Assembly (NCBI GenBank): GCA_964435725.1 | Contig: CAYTAJ010000002.1 | Location: 115-64,114 of the forward strand | Direction: 5' to 3' | DNA: 64,000 bases | DNA from: an uncultured Algimonas sp. | GTDB lineage: Bacteria; Pseudomonadota; Alphaproteobacteria; Caulobacterales; Maricaulaceae | Shown: piece by piece, positions 26,379 to 35,861 of the stretch | How positions within the stretch are numbered: the stretch's first letter is position 1 | Layout: every line of letters starts with the position of its first letter | Translations under genes and position numbers: made by a program | The notes under the pieces: model-generated | What the model was told of the DNA's origin: nothing | The model's input: the letters and a program-made list of their open reading frames with translations, nothing else | The model's database searches: none

Positions 26379-26410
26379 AAAAAAGCCTGCGAATATCGCA
26401 GGCTTTTCTT
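26379..26410. terminator. intrinsic terminator of aceBA (minus strand), possibly bidirectional
   Basis: AAAAAAGCCTGCGA-ATA-TCGCAGGCTTTT inverted repeat with A/T tails, ~95 bp past the aceA stop. Confidence 0.8.
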
Positions 26411-26504
26411 TCTTGTTACATGTGGGGTGATACAAGAAATTATTTAATTATGGGCAACATAGTCGCATTCTCACTAACGCGCTTTGCGCGCCGCGTTCGA
26501 ATGA

Positions 26505-28094
26505 TTAGGCCGCATTTTCAAACTGGTTCATTGTGTTGTGCTCGCCACCCGCTTTTAAGGCTCGGTCGCCGCCCGTCATCTCTTTGAAATCATCACCGAG
26601 ATTGGAGCCGACCTCATGTTGATGTTTCACAGCAGAGACATTGCGGCGAATTTCTTCACGCTGTATTTCTTTGACGTAAGCCAACATTTTCTGCTCACCG
26701 AAATAACCTTCTGACAGATCATTCATCACCTTGGCCGTACCGTGGAAAGTCGGCAGAGTAATGAGATTGTGGAAGACACCGGCTTCGCGGGCGATATCCG
26801 TTTGGAATGTCTGCAAACGACGGTCTGCCTCCAGACCCAAAGGATCTTCATCATAGGCAGACGACATTAATTGTGTGCTGTCCGGATAATCGCCTGGTTG
26901 AATCGTACCCGCCGCAATCCAATCTTCACGTACCTGTTTGCGCAAGTTCAGCGTCCAGTTAAAAGACGGACTATTATTATAGGTCAGCTTGGCGTGTGGG
27001 GCTTTTTCGCGAATACGGTTCACCATGCCTGCAATCTGCGCGACATTGGGTGTTGCCGTTTCAATCCAGAGCAAATCCGCACCGCCTTCATTGAGACTTG
27101 CGATACAATCCTCAACTACACGGTCTTCGCCTGTACCTTCGCGGAATTTATACAGTCCGTTAGGCAGACGCACTGGCTTGCACAGTTGGCCGTCGAGTTG
27201 AATCGCCATCTCGCCATCGGCGAGTTGGTTCAAGTCAGAGACAGGCGTGGTCTCAAGCCATTTGGTATATTCAGCGGCATGGTCTCCGGCTTCCCGCGAA
27301 ACTGGGATTTTCTGTGTGAGACCGGCACCAAGCGAGTCTGTGCGCGCGACAATCACGCCGTCATCCACGCCGAGCTCTTCAAACGCCATGCGAACGGCGC
27401 GGAGCTTTTCGATGAAGTCTTCACGCGGCACTGTGACTTTCCCGTCTTGGTGACCACATTGTTTCGCGTCGGAGACTTGGTTCTCGATTTGGATGCAACA
27501 CGCACCCGCCTTGATCATTTCTTTGGCCAAAAGATAGGTCGCATGGACGTTACCAAAACCGGCATCAATGTCGGCGATGATTGGGCGGACATAGCTTTGG
27601 AAATTATCAATCTTCGCGATGACAGCCTCACGATTATCCGTTGTTTTTAATTCTGCGAATAGATCATTCAAATCGACTTCATCGGCTTGACGCAAGCTCG
27701 TATAGATTTCCTGTATGAGGTCTACGACCGATGTTTTTTCGTGCATGGATTGATCGGGCAAATGTCCGAAACGGTTTCGTAATCCTGCGACCATCCATCC
27801 CGAAAGATAGACATAGGCTTTATCCAAGGTGCCTTTTTGACGTTTAATCGCGCGCATCATTTGTTGTGCATGGAAGCCGGACCAACACCCGAGCGATTGG
27901 GTAAACGCGCTGCTGTCTGCATCATATGCGGCCATATCCGCGCGCATGACTTTCGCCATGGCCTTGGCAATATCCAAATGGGTCTCGAATGTGTTTTGCG
28001 TTTTGAGCTGCGCCAAATCTTCGAGGTTGATCCCGGCGGGTGCCCCGTTCGGGTAACGGTTGTTTAATTCGGCGAATGTTTGTGAGTAAGTCAT
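26505..28094 (-). CDS. aceA: isocitrate lyase
   Basis: AYVYLSGWMVA, DIDAGFG, QIENQ, catalytic KQCGHQDGK, VARTDS, WIET, YNNSPSFNW. Confidence 0.96.
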   Translation of the reverse strand: MTYSQTFAELNNRYPNGAPAGINLEDLAQLKTQNTFETHLDIAKAMAKVMRADMAAYDADSSAFTQSLGCWSGFHAQQMMRAIKRQKGTLDKAYVYLSGWMVAGLRNRFGHLPDQSMHEKTSVVDLIQEIYTSLRQADEVDLNDLFAELKTTDNREAVIAKIDNFQSYVRPIIADIDAGFGNVHATYLLAKEMIKAGACCIQIENQVSDAKQCGHQDGKVTVPREDFIEKLRAVRMAFEELGVDDGVIVARTDSLGAGLTQKIPVSREAGDHAAEYTKWLETTPVSDLNQLADGEMAIQLDGQLCKPVRLPNGLYKFREGTGEDRVVEDCIASLNEGGADLLWIETATPNVAQIAGMVNRIREKAPHAKLTYNNSPSFNWTLNLRKQVREDWIAAGTIQPGDYPDSTQLMSSAYDEDPLGLEADRRLQTFQTDIAREAGVFHNLITLPTFHGTAKVMNDLSEGYFGEQKMLAYVKEIQREEIRRNVSAVKHQHEVGSNLGDDFKEMTGGDRALKAGGEHNTMNQFENAA

Positions 28095-28099
28095 TATCT

Positions 28100-29734
28100 T
28101 TATCCTTTCAAAAGATCGTAAGCAGGGATTGTTAGGAAGTCTGGCAGCACTTCGGCTGTCGCTGTTTGCGTAAAAATATTGGCGGCATCATCGAAACGGC
28201 CTTGGGTGAAACCGTCTTCGCTCAGTTCGTTTTTCAGCTTCGCGATTTCCTCGTTGAACAGACGTTCATAAAGACGCTCTGTCAGTGTCTCTTGAAAACC
28301 GCCTTCCATCTCGACGCTCGCGCCATGACGGAGCCATTGCCAAATTTGGGTGCGGGAAATTTCCGCTGTCGCTGCATCTTCCATAAGGTTGTGAATGGGC
28401 ACAGCGCCGCGACCGCAAAGCCAAGCAGCGATATAGCGAATCCCGACTTCGATATTGGTGCGCACACCGCCTTCGGTGATTGTTCCACTATGGGGGGCAA
28501 TCATTGACTCATCGGTCACACGTGGGCTTTGGCGTTTCTTGTGAATCTGATGTTTGGACGGCATGATCTCGTCAAAGACATCCATAGCAACCGGCACCAG
28601 ATCGGGATGGGCAACCCAGGTGCCGTCATGTCCGATAGAGGCTTCTCGCGCTTTATCTTTACGCACTTTTTCAAAGGCTGCGGCGTTGGCGGCCTCATCG
28701 TTCTTAACAGGTATCTGGGCCGCCATACCGCCCATGGCATGGGCCCGACGCTTATGACAGACTTCGACCAGACGACTGGCATAAGCAGAAAGAAAGTCAC
28801 GATCCATCCCCACTTGCGCGCGGTCTGGTAGAATGAACGCCTTATGATTACGCAGTGTTTTAATATAGCTAAAGATATAATCCCAACGCCCGCAATTCAG
28901 GCCGGTGATGTGATTGCGCAGGACGTAGAGAATCTCTTCCATCTGGAAGGCCGCCGGCAGGGTTTCAATCAGCACGGTCGATTTAATCGTGCCATTCGGG
29001 ATATCCAGAACGGCTTGCGCGAAATTGAACACATCATTCCACAGGCGCGCCTCTTGATAGCTTTCAATCTTTGGCAGGTAGTAGAACGGACCTTTGCCGC
29101 TTTCCGTAAGAGCTTTGGCATTGTGGAAGAAATGCAAACCAAAGTCACAGAGCGACGCACTCATGGGATTTCCGTCCACGGTTATGTGTCGTTCTTCCAA
29201 ATGCCAGCCACGCGGCCGTACGAGCATTGTCGCTGTTTCTTCATTGAGGGCGTAGGATTTTTTTTCCGTTGTGAGGGTGAGGGTGCCACGCGCATAATCG
29301 CGCATGTTTACTTGTCCGGACATCATGTTCCCAAAGGTCGGCGAGCTGGCATCTTCGAAATCGGCCATGAACATTTTAGCACCGGAATTCAGGGCATTGA
29401 TCATCATTTTGCGATCAACAGGGCCGGTGATTTCAACACGACGGTCTTGCAAGGCTTTCGGGCAAGGGGCGACTTCCCACACAGAGTTTCGGACATGTTT
29501 GGTCTCGAGAGGTTGCGTTGGCATTTCGCCATCATCAAAGCGTTCTTGTTGCAAGCGACGGTTTTCCAACAGGATTTTACGCTGCGGGCCGAAGCGACGT
29601 TCAAGGTCCGCCAAAAAAAGCAAAGCCTCGGGCGTCAGGATCTCGGAATACTCTGCAGCGTTCTCTGCCACAACTTTGGCCAAGACCCTGTGGCGTGGAA
29701 TTGGGCTGTTAGTCTGTATAACGGGCGCATTCAT
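28100..29734 (-). CDS. aceB: malate synthase A
   Basis: RRVEITGP, MADFED, VRPRGWH, LNCGRWDYIFS, AMGGMA, GHDGTWVAHP, LMEDAATAEISR. The start with a GGAGA RBS is ATG 29734. Confidence 0.96.
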   Translation of the reverse strand: MNAPVIQTNSPIPRHRVLAKVVAENAAEYSEILTPEALLFLADLERRFGPQRKILLENRRLQQERFDDGEMPTQPLETKHVRNSVWEVAPCPKALQDRRVEITGPVDRKMMINALNSGAKMFMADFEDASSPTFGNMMSGQVNMRDYARGTLTLTTEKKSYALNEETATMLVRPRGWHLEERHITVDGNPMSASLCDFGLHFFHNAKALTESGKGPFYYLPKIESYQEARLWNDVFNFAQAVLDIPNGTIKSTVLIETLPAAFQMEEILYVLRNHITGLNCGRWDYIFSYIKTLRNHKAFILPDRAQVGMDRDFLSAYASRLVEVCHKRRAHAMGGMAAQIPVKNDEAANAAAFEKVRKDKAREASIGHDGTWVAHPDLVPVAMDVFDEIMPSKHQIHKKRQSPRVTDESMIAPHSGTITEGGVRTNIEVGIRYIAAWLCGRGAVPIHNLMEDAATAEISRTQIWQWLRHGASVEMEGGFQETLTERLYERLFNEEIAKLKNELSEDGFTQGRFDDAANIFTQTATAEVLPDFLTIPAYDLLKG

Positions 29735-29773
29735 TTTATATCTCCGCATGAGTTTATTTATACTCATACGATA

Positions 29774-29871
29774 TTTACAAAAATCTATGTGAGTCTATAA
29801 GTAATTGTAAAATATAGGTATTTATGTAATAATTGTAAAAATACAATTGTATTATTTGTAAATGTTGTAAA
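29774..29871. promoter_or_regulatory. array of five TTGTAAA boxes, putative RamB/ScfR operators
   Basis: TTTACAA at 29774 and TTGTAAA at 29805, 29833, 29856 and 29865, between aceB and ramB. Resembles the TTTGCAAA core reported for RamB/PccR. Confidence 0.7.
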
Positions 29872-29874
29872 ATT

Positions 29875-31305
29875 ATGAGCGAAAAAGAGACAAAACTCCT
29901 CATTGGCCCGCGCTTGCGGCGGTTCCGTCAAACACTCGGTTTGACCCAGGCCCGCATGGCAGAGGACCTTGGTATTTCAACGTCTTACCTCAATCTGATG
30001 GAACGCAATCAAAGGGCTTTATCTGCCAAGGTCTTGCTCAAAATGGCCGAGATTTATGATTTCGACATTGCCCGGTTTACCGGGGCCGGAGACGCGCACC
30101 TTGTTGCAGAAGTTTATGAGGCCTTGCGCGATCCCTTATTCAAAGGTGAAACGATTTCGAAAAATGAGGCGGAAGACCTCGTCAATGTAAGCCCAGCTGC
30201 GGCGCGGTCTTTTCTGAAGCTCTATGGCAAACATCGTGACTCTGTCCGCCGCGGAACGCAAATCACGGCAGACCGGGATAAAGTTGAATTGCTGGAGCAA
30301 TCAGCCGAAGCGGTCGAACTCGTCCGTCGTTTCATTCACAAGCAAAGCAATTATTTCCCACGCTTGGATGAGGCAGCCGAAGCTCTGTCGCAAGAATTAG
30401 GTCTGACGAAAAGAGAGCCTCATGCCGCTTTGACTGATCGGCTGAAGGAAAAACATGATTTAAATGTTCGTATTGTTCCCTTGGATATCATGCCGAAAAT
30501 GCTGCGATATTTTGATCGTCATTCTAAACGTATAAATTTGTCTGAACTGCTGCGCCAATCGGGCCGTCGGTTCCAACTCGCTTTTCAGATTGGGATGTTA
30601 GAGCAACGCGCGTTGATTGATGACATTATCAAATCCGCAAATTTAGGAGGGCGAGAAGCCGAAGGTCTTATGCGGACGTCTTTGGCGAATTATTTCGCCG
30701 CGGCGACACTCATGCCTTATACCCGTTTTTTACGCGAAGCGGAAAACTGCAAATATGATGTGGATCTCTTATCTCATCGGTTTGGGACGAGTTTTGAGCA
30801 AACCGCGCATCGCCTCACGACTCTGCAAAAACCTGATGCGCGGGGCATCCCTTTCTTCTTTGTCCGCATTGATGTGGCGGGAAATGTGTCGAAACGTTTT
30901 TCAGCAGGGCGGTTTCATTTCAGTCAGTTTGGTGGAGCGTGTCCGCTTTGGAATATCCATGAGTGTTTTCAAACACCGGGTAAGACGATTACGCAAATGA
31001 TACAAATGCCGGATGAGACGACTTATTTCTCAATCGCGAAAATGGTCTCTCGCGGTGACGGAACGTTTAACGCGCCTGCGCAAAAGCTCGCTATTGGATT
31101 GGGTTGTGACATTATCTATGCGCCGCGTCTTATCTATGCCCAAAACTATAATTTAGAGAACCCGCAACCCACACCGATAGGGATAAACTGTTATCTCTGT
31201 GATCGTCAAAATTGTCGGTCCAGAGCGCATGCGCCTCTTGATAAAAAGCTGGATTTTGATGAGCGCGCGCGGGGAGTCTCTCTCTTTAGTTTCCGTGAAG
31301 ATTAG
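29875..31305 (+). CDS. ramB: ScfR/RamB family XRE transcriptional regulator
   Basis: N-terminal XRE HTH (IGPRLRRFRQTLGLTQ...YLNLMERNQR), HRLTTLQ, FVRIDVAGNVSKR and FGGACPLW, and C-terminal GINCYLCDRQNC. Divergent from aceBA. Confidence 0.9.
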   Translation: MSEKETKLLIGPRLRRFRQTLGLTQARMAEDLGISTSYLNLMERNQRALSAKVLLKMAEIYDFDIARFTGAGDAHLVAEVYEALRDPLFKGETISKNEAEDLVNVSPAAARSFLKLYGKHRDSVRRGTQITADRDKVELLEQSAEAVELVRRFIHKQSNYFPRLDEAAEALSQELGLTKREPHAALTDRLKEKHDLNVRIVPLDIMPKMLRYFDRHSKRINLSELLRQSGRRFQLAFQIGMLEQRALIDDIIKSANLGGREAEGLMRTSLANYFAAATLMPYTRFLREAENCKYDVDLLSHRFGTSFEQTAHRLTTLQKPDARGIPFFFVRIDVAGNVSKRFSAGRFHFSQFGGACPLWNIHECFQTPGKTITQMIQMPDETTYFSIAKMVSRGDGTFNAPAQKLAIGLGCDIIYAPRLIYAQNYNLENPQPTPIGINCYLCDRQNCRSRAHAPLDKKLDFDERARGVSLFSFRED

Positions 31306-31338
31306 GAAAAACAGCGTCATTCCGTCAGTTTTCATACG

Positions 31339-31364
31339 TTTTTCAATAAAAAATTATTGAAAAA
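31339..31364. promoter_or_regulatory. perfect 10-bp inverted repeat upstream of the RND operon (candidate operator)
   Basis: TTTTTCAATA-AAAAAT-TATTGAAAAA. Confidence 0.45.
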
Positions 31365-31425
31365 CAATAATAATCTGATATGAGTCGAACATACTGGTGT
31401 GCCAACCAGCCAAAGGGAGACGACT

Positions 31426-32712
31426 ATGACTGAGTCTGAAAAGACCACGAATCCGCCTGTTTATGGGGGATATTCACCACAACAAGACCCAAAGCCGCGT
31501 AAAAAGCTATGGATCTTACGCCTAGTGACCTTTGTTTTGCCGATACTCGTTATTGTCGGCGCCATAGGGGGTACGGTCGCCATGGGCGCGCTCAAACCGG
31601 AACCCGAAGAAAAGAAGGAAGAGGCGAAAGCCATTCCTGTTTTGACAGCCTTGGCCGAAGTCGGCGATGTAACATTGAAAGTCAAAGCACAGGGTGAAGT
31701 TCAACCCCGCACACAGATCAATGTCGTTCCACAGGTTGGCGGGAAAATCACTTATATGTCCCCGAAATTTATCGAAGGCGGTAAGTTCAATAAAGGTGAT
31801 CTCCTTGTTCGTATCGAACCTGCCGAGTTTAACCTCCGTGTTGTGCAAGCCCGTGCCGGTGTGACCCAAGCTGAGACGGTCATCATGCGCGAAAAGTCCG
31901 AGGCTGAAATTGCGCGCCGTGATTGGGAAGAATTGGGCCGTTCGGGTGAACCGTCTCCTTTATCTCTTCGCATTCCGCAGCTTGCAGAAGCGCAAGCGAA
32001 TTTGGAATCCGCTAAAGCGCAACTCGCCGAAACGGAGCTTCAACTTTCTCGAACCTCAATCTACGCGCCCTTTAACGGACGGGTCACGGAACGCCATATT
32101 GATCAAGGTGAGTTTGTCACAATTGGTACACGTCTTGGCCAAATCTATGCCACCGATGTGATGGATGTTCGCTTGCCTCTCAGCAATAAAGACCTTCGCG
32201 AAGCGGGACTCACTTTAGGCTATGAAGCTCTGGGAGAGGCGGGCATTCCCGTCACATTATCCAGTGATGTTGCCGGACAATATAGTGAATGGACCGGATA
32301 TATCACCCGTACAGATAGCCGTTTCGATAGTCAGTCTCGTGTCCTTTACGCCTATGCTGAAGTCAGAAATCCATTTGGCAAAACACCTGAGTCAAATGCG
32401 CCTCTTGCTCCGGGCTTGTTTGTCGATGCCAAGATCAATGGGCAAGCCGTTAAGGATGTGATTTTCGTGCCTCGCTCTGCCCTGCGCGGTGAAGATCAAG
32501 TCTATGTCGCGAATGAAGATAATACGCTCTCTATTAAAACAGTCAGCGTGCTTTCGTCAAACCGAGATCAAGCCATGCTGAATGGAGGTCTCGATATTGG
32601 TGCACCCGTTATCACGTCCCCAATACGCGGGGTTGCGGACGGCATGAAAATCGAAGTTGTTGAAAGAGAGTCCGCGACCGATGCGGCCTTGGTATCGGGA
32701 GAACAACCATGA
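31426..32712 (+). CDS. RND efflux periplasmic adaptor subunit
   Basis: N-terminal TM, PQVGGKI, GDLLVRI, and SIYAPFNGRV lipoyl halves; PRSAL. GGGAGA RBS before ATG 31426. Confidence 0.92.
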   Translation: MTESEKTTNPPVYGGYSPQQDPKPRKKLWILRLVTFVLPILVIVGAIGGTVAMGALKPEPEEKKEEAKAIPVLTALAEVGDVTLKVKAQGEVQPRTQINVVPQVGGKITYMSPKFIEGGKFNKGDLLVRIEPAEFNLRVVQARAGVTQAETVIMREKSEAEIARRDWEELGRSGEPSPLSLRIPQLAEAQANLESAKAQLAETELQLSRTSIYAPFNGRVTERHIDQGEFVTIGTRLGQIYATDVMDVRLPLSNKDLREAGLTLGYEALGEAGIPVTLSSDVAGQYSEWTGYITRTDSRFDSQSRVLYAYAEVRNPFGKTPESNAPLAPGLFVDAKINGQAVKDVIFVPRSALRGEDQVYVANEDNTLSIKTVSVLSSNRDQAMLNGGLDIGAPVITSPIRGVADGMKIEVVERESATDAALVSGEQP

Positions 32713-35700
32713 GCCGCATAATTAAATGGTGGGCCAGTAATTCCGTTGCGGCCAATTTATTGATGATTATCTGCCTCTTGGGCGGTCTCGTCAGCTATTT
32801 TCAAATTGAACGCGAATTAGACCCTTATGTCGAGTTTCCGGGGGCATGGACCTATGTCGCTTGGCCCGGCGCGTCTCCACAGGATGTGGAAGAGCAAATT
32901 ATCGTGCGTATGGAAGAGGCCTTGTCAGAAGTCGAAGGCGTCAACCGTATGTGGGCTTTTGCCGGAGAGGGCGGTGGGTCCGTCACTGTTGTTGGCAAAA
33001 ACGGTGTAGATGAAGCGAAACTCATGGCGGATGTGAAACGCCAAATTGATTCAATTAATGCATTTCCGCCTGCTGCCGAAGAACCTCAGATTAATATATT
33101 CCGCAATCAACAGGAAATGATCCGTTTAGCGGTGTCCGGTGATGAAAGTGTCAGTGAGCGTGAGCTTAAACGGTTTGCTGAAAAGACGCGTCGTGAAATA
33201 GGCCTTCTAGGCTATATCCCGTCTGTCGAACTTTTCGGTGTTCGCGGTGAAGAAGTTTCCATAGAGGTCTCAGAAGACGCTTTGCGTCAATATGGGCTCA
33301 CTTTAGACGAAGTCGCACGTGCTGTGAGAGGGACGTCAGTTAATTCTTCCTCCGGCAACGTCCGAACCGACATTGGGAATATGCAATTACGCACCCGCAA
33401 CCAGGCTGACAGCCAATCCGATTTTGAAAATATTATTGTTCGACAAGCTCCGGGCGGGGCCACCATTCGCGTGAGCGATGTTGCAACGGTCATTGATGGT
33501 TTTGAGCAGGTGGACTTACTTGCGACTGTAAATGGCAAACGTACCGTTTTGGTTCAGATAATGAGCGGCCCGAATATGGACATCATCAAGATGTCCAGAA
33601 ACGTGAATAATTATCTTGAGACTATTCAAGATGATTTGCCGAGCGGTGTTTCCATCACCGTTTGGGAAGACGCCGAAGAAATGTATACCGGTCGTATCAG
33701 TACAATCGCGAAGAACTTCTTTACTGGATTGCTTCTTGTTTGTTTAACCTTGATGTTATTCCTGCGTCCGAAAATTGCGATTTGGGTCTCAATCGGTATC
33801 GCAACGGCTTTTGCCGGTGGCTTGGCTTTGCTGCCTCTCTTTGATGTCTCCTTTAATATGATTTCGACATTTGCGTTCTTGCTCGTGATTGGGGTGATTG
33901 TTGATGATGCGATTATCGTAGGAGAAGCCATTCACTTCAAAACAGAAGAAGGTGAAATAGGTCTGGAAGCCGCGGTGAGCGGAACCAATATGGTTGTAAA
34001 ACCCGTTATTTTTGCGGTGATTACTACCATGATTTTCTTTGCACCATGGATGTTTTTATCCGGTGGGACGAGTGAGTTTACCCGTGCGATTTCGCTTGTA
34101 GTTATCCTGTCTTTGTTCTTCTCTCTTGTAGAATCACTTTTAATTTTGCCAGCGCATTTGGGACACTTGAAACCGGCTGACCCAAAAAGTCGTATTATGA
34201 AATTCCAAAACAAGCTGTCTCAAAGTTTGATGGCGTTTTCTCATAAAGTGTATCGGCCTTTGATCACGAAAGCTTTGCAGCGCCGTTATCTGACGGCCTC
34301 CTTATTTGTCGCCTTCATGATTTTGTCTATTTCTCTGATGTCGAACGGTTTGGTCAAATCAACCTTCTTCCCTGAAAGTGAGTCTGATCAAATTGCAATT
34401 GATGTTACTTTACCAGAAGGGACGCCTTATTCGCGAACGCTTGAAGTTTTGGCGCAAATCCAAAAAGCGGAACATGACTTACAAGAAGAGATTAGAGCGA
34501 AAGACGGCGATCTGATTGAAAATTGGTACACTCGCTCACGCGATAACAATATCTTGGCTTTGGTCAAATTGGTCCCGCCGGAAACGCGTTTGCTCTCTGC
34601 CAAAGAAACGTCTGAACGCTTGCGAGACTTAATTGGTGAAGTGCCGGATGCTGAGAATATTTCGGTCAATTACCAAGACGGGAATAATGGACCGCCCATT
34701 CAATATGTCCTGAATGCAAAAGAGTTTGGTGACCTACAAGCTGCCGCTGATGATCTGATGGGGCAATTGCGGAGCTATGAAGGCGTGTTCAATGTTGTCA
34801 ACGACATGGAAAGCGCATCTGAAGAAGTACAGTTTGACCTCAAGCCCGGTGCGGAAAGCCTCGGCATTACCACGGCTGATGTTGCCAGACAGGTGCGACA
34901 AGGTTTCTTTGGTGAAGAGGTCCAGCGTCTCCCACGTGACGGCGAAGATGTCAGAGTCTATGTCCGTTATCCGCGCATGGACAGAGAGTCTTTGGACTTC
35001 TTAAACTCTATCCGCATTCGGACGAATGATGGACGCGAGTTACCCTTAGAAGCGGTCGCAGACCTTCGTTTTGAAAAAGGCACGAACCGTATTCTACGCC
35101 GGGAACGCCAACGCGCTATTATTGTGAGTGCGGAAGTTGTGTCTGAGCGTATTGAAGAAATTCGCAAAACTTTGAACGAAGATTTCTTTGAGGAATTTGA
35201 CAAACGTCACCCGAATGTCACGCGCGGAAATATTGGCCGTGCGCAGGGAGAAGCAGAGTTCCAGCAAGAATTAATGACCTTCTTATTAATTGCGATTGGT
35301 TTTGCTTATTTCTTGGTTGCGGTGTCGTTTAAGTCTTATTCAGAACCTATCCTCATTCTCTTTGCCGCTATTCCCTTCTGTTATTGCGGGATGATTATAG
35401 GGCATTTGGTCATGGATAAACCTGTGTCGGTCTTATCGCTCTTGGGAATGTTTGCGGCTGCGGGCGTGGCGGTGAATGATAACCTTGTGCTGATTGATTA
35501 TGTGCAAAGACTACGTGCCAAAGGCATGAGTGGGGCGGAAGCTTTGATTGAAGCAGGCACAAGACGTTTCCGTCCTATTTTATTAACCTCGCTCACGACA
35601 TTTATTGGTTTGATGCCGCTCTTATTAGAGCGTTCGCTTCAAGCGCAGTGGTTGATTCCGATTGGGATTAGTTTGGCCTTTGGTGTGTTGTTTGCACTCT

Positions 35701-35861
35701 TCGTGACGCTTTTCTTTGTGCCGGCTTTATATGGAATTGGTGCCGATATTCGACGTTATTTCGTCTATCTGATTAATGGCAAACCGATTGAGCCCTTTAC
35801 GCCCGATCAGCCTGCATCACCAATTTCTTATAATCCTTCAGGTCGCCATCATACCGCTTAG
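32709..35861 (+). CDS. RND efflux permease (AcrB/AcrD/AcrF family)
   Basis: ~1050 aa, 12-TM layout, WPGASPQDVE, GVIVDDAIIVGE, VNDNLVL, RFRPILLTS. Confidence 0.95.
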   Translation: MSRIIKWWASNSVAANLLMIICLLGGLVSYFQIERELDPYVEFPGAWTYVAWPGASPQDVEEQIIVRMEEALSEVEGVNRMWAFAGEGGGSVTVVGKNGVDEAKLMADVKRQIDSINAFPPAAEEPQINIFRNQQEMIRLAVSGDESVSERELKRFAEKTRREIGLLGYIPSVELFGVRGEEVSIEVSEDALRQYGLTLDEVARAVRGTSVNSSSGNVRTDIGNMQLRTRNQADSQSDFENIIVRQAPGGATIRVSDVATVIDGFEQVDLLATVNGKRTVLVQIMSGPNMDIIKMSRNVNNYLETIQDDLPSGVSITVWEDAEEMYTGRISTIAKNFFTGLLLVCLTLMLFLRPKIAIWVSIGIATAFAGGLALLPLFDVSFNMISTFAFLLVIGVIVDDAIIVGEAIHFKTEEGEIGLEAAVSGTNMVVKPVIFAVITTMIFFAPWMFLSGGTSEFTRAISLVVILSLFFSLVESLLILPAHLGHLKPADPKSRIMKFQNKLSQSLMAFSHKVYRPLITKALQRRYLTASLFVAFMILSISLMSNGLVKSTFFPESESDQIAIDVTLPEGTPYSRTLEVLAQIQKAEHDLQEEIRAKDGDLIENWYTRSRDNNILALVKLVPPETRLLSAKETSERLRDLIGEVPDAENISVNYQDGNNGPPIQYVLNAKEFGDLQAAADDLMGQLRSYEGVFNVVNDMESASEEVQFDLKPGAESLGITTADVARQVRQGFFGEEVQRLPRDGEDVRVYVRYPRMDRESLDFLNSIRIRTNDGRELPLEAVADLRFEKGTNRILRRERQRAIIVSAEVVSERIEEIRKTLNEDFFEEFDKRHPNVTRGNIGRAQGEAEFQQELMTFLLIAIGFAYFLVAVSFKSYSEPILILFAAIPFCYCGMIIGHLVMDKPVSVLSLLGMFAAAGVAVNDNLVLIDYVQRLRAKGMSGAEALIEAGTRRFRPILLTSLTTFIGLMPLLLERSLQAQWLIPIGISLAFGVLFALFVTLFFVPALYGIGADIRRYFVYLINGKPIEPFTPDQPASPISYNPSGRHHTA

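Noticed and set aside
27430-27470. Isocitrate lyase catalytic motif KQCGH instead of KKCGH
   Set aside because: This is a known variant of the ~530-aa proteobacterial ICL subfamily, not a novelty or inactivation.
28844-29800. 318-aa plus-strand ORF, plus 26871..27650 and similar long antisense ORFs
   Set aside because: They are exact antisense shadows of aceB and aceA, have no recognisable motifs or RBS, and are expected from codon bias in GC-richer genes.
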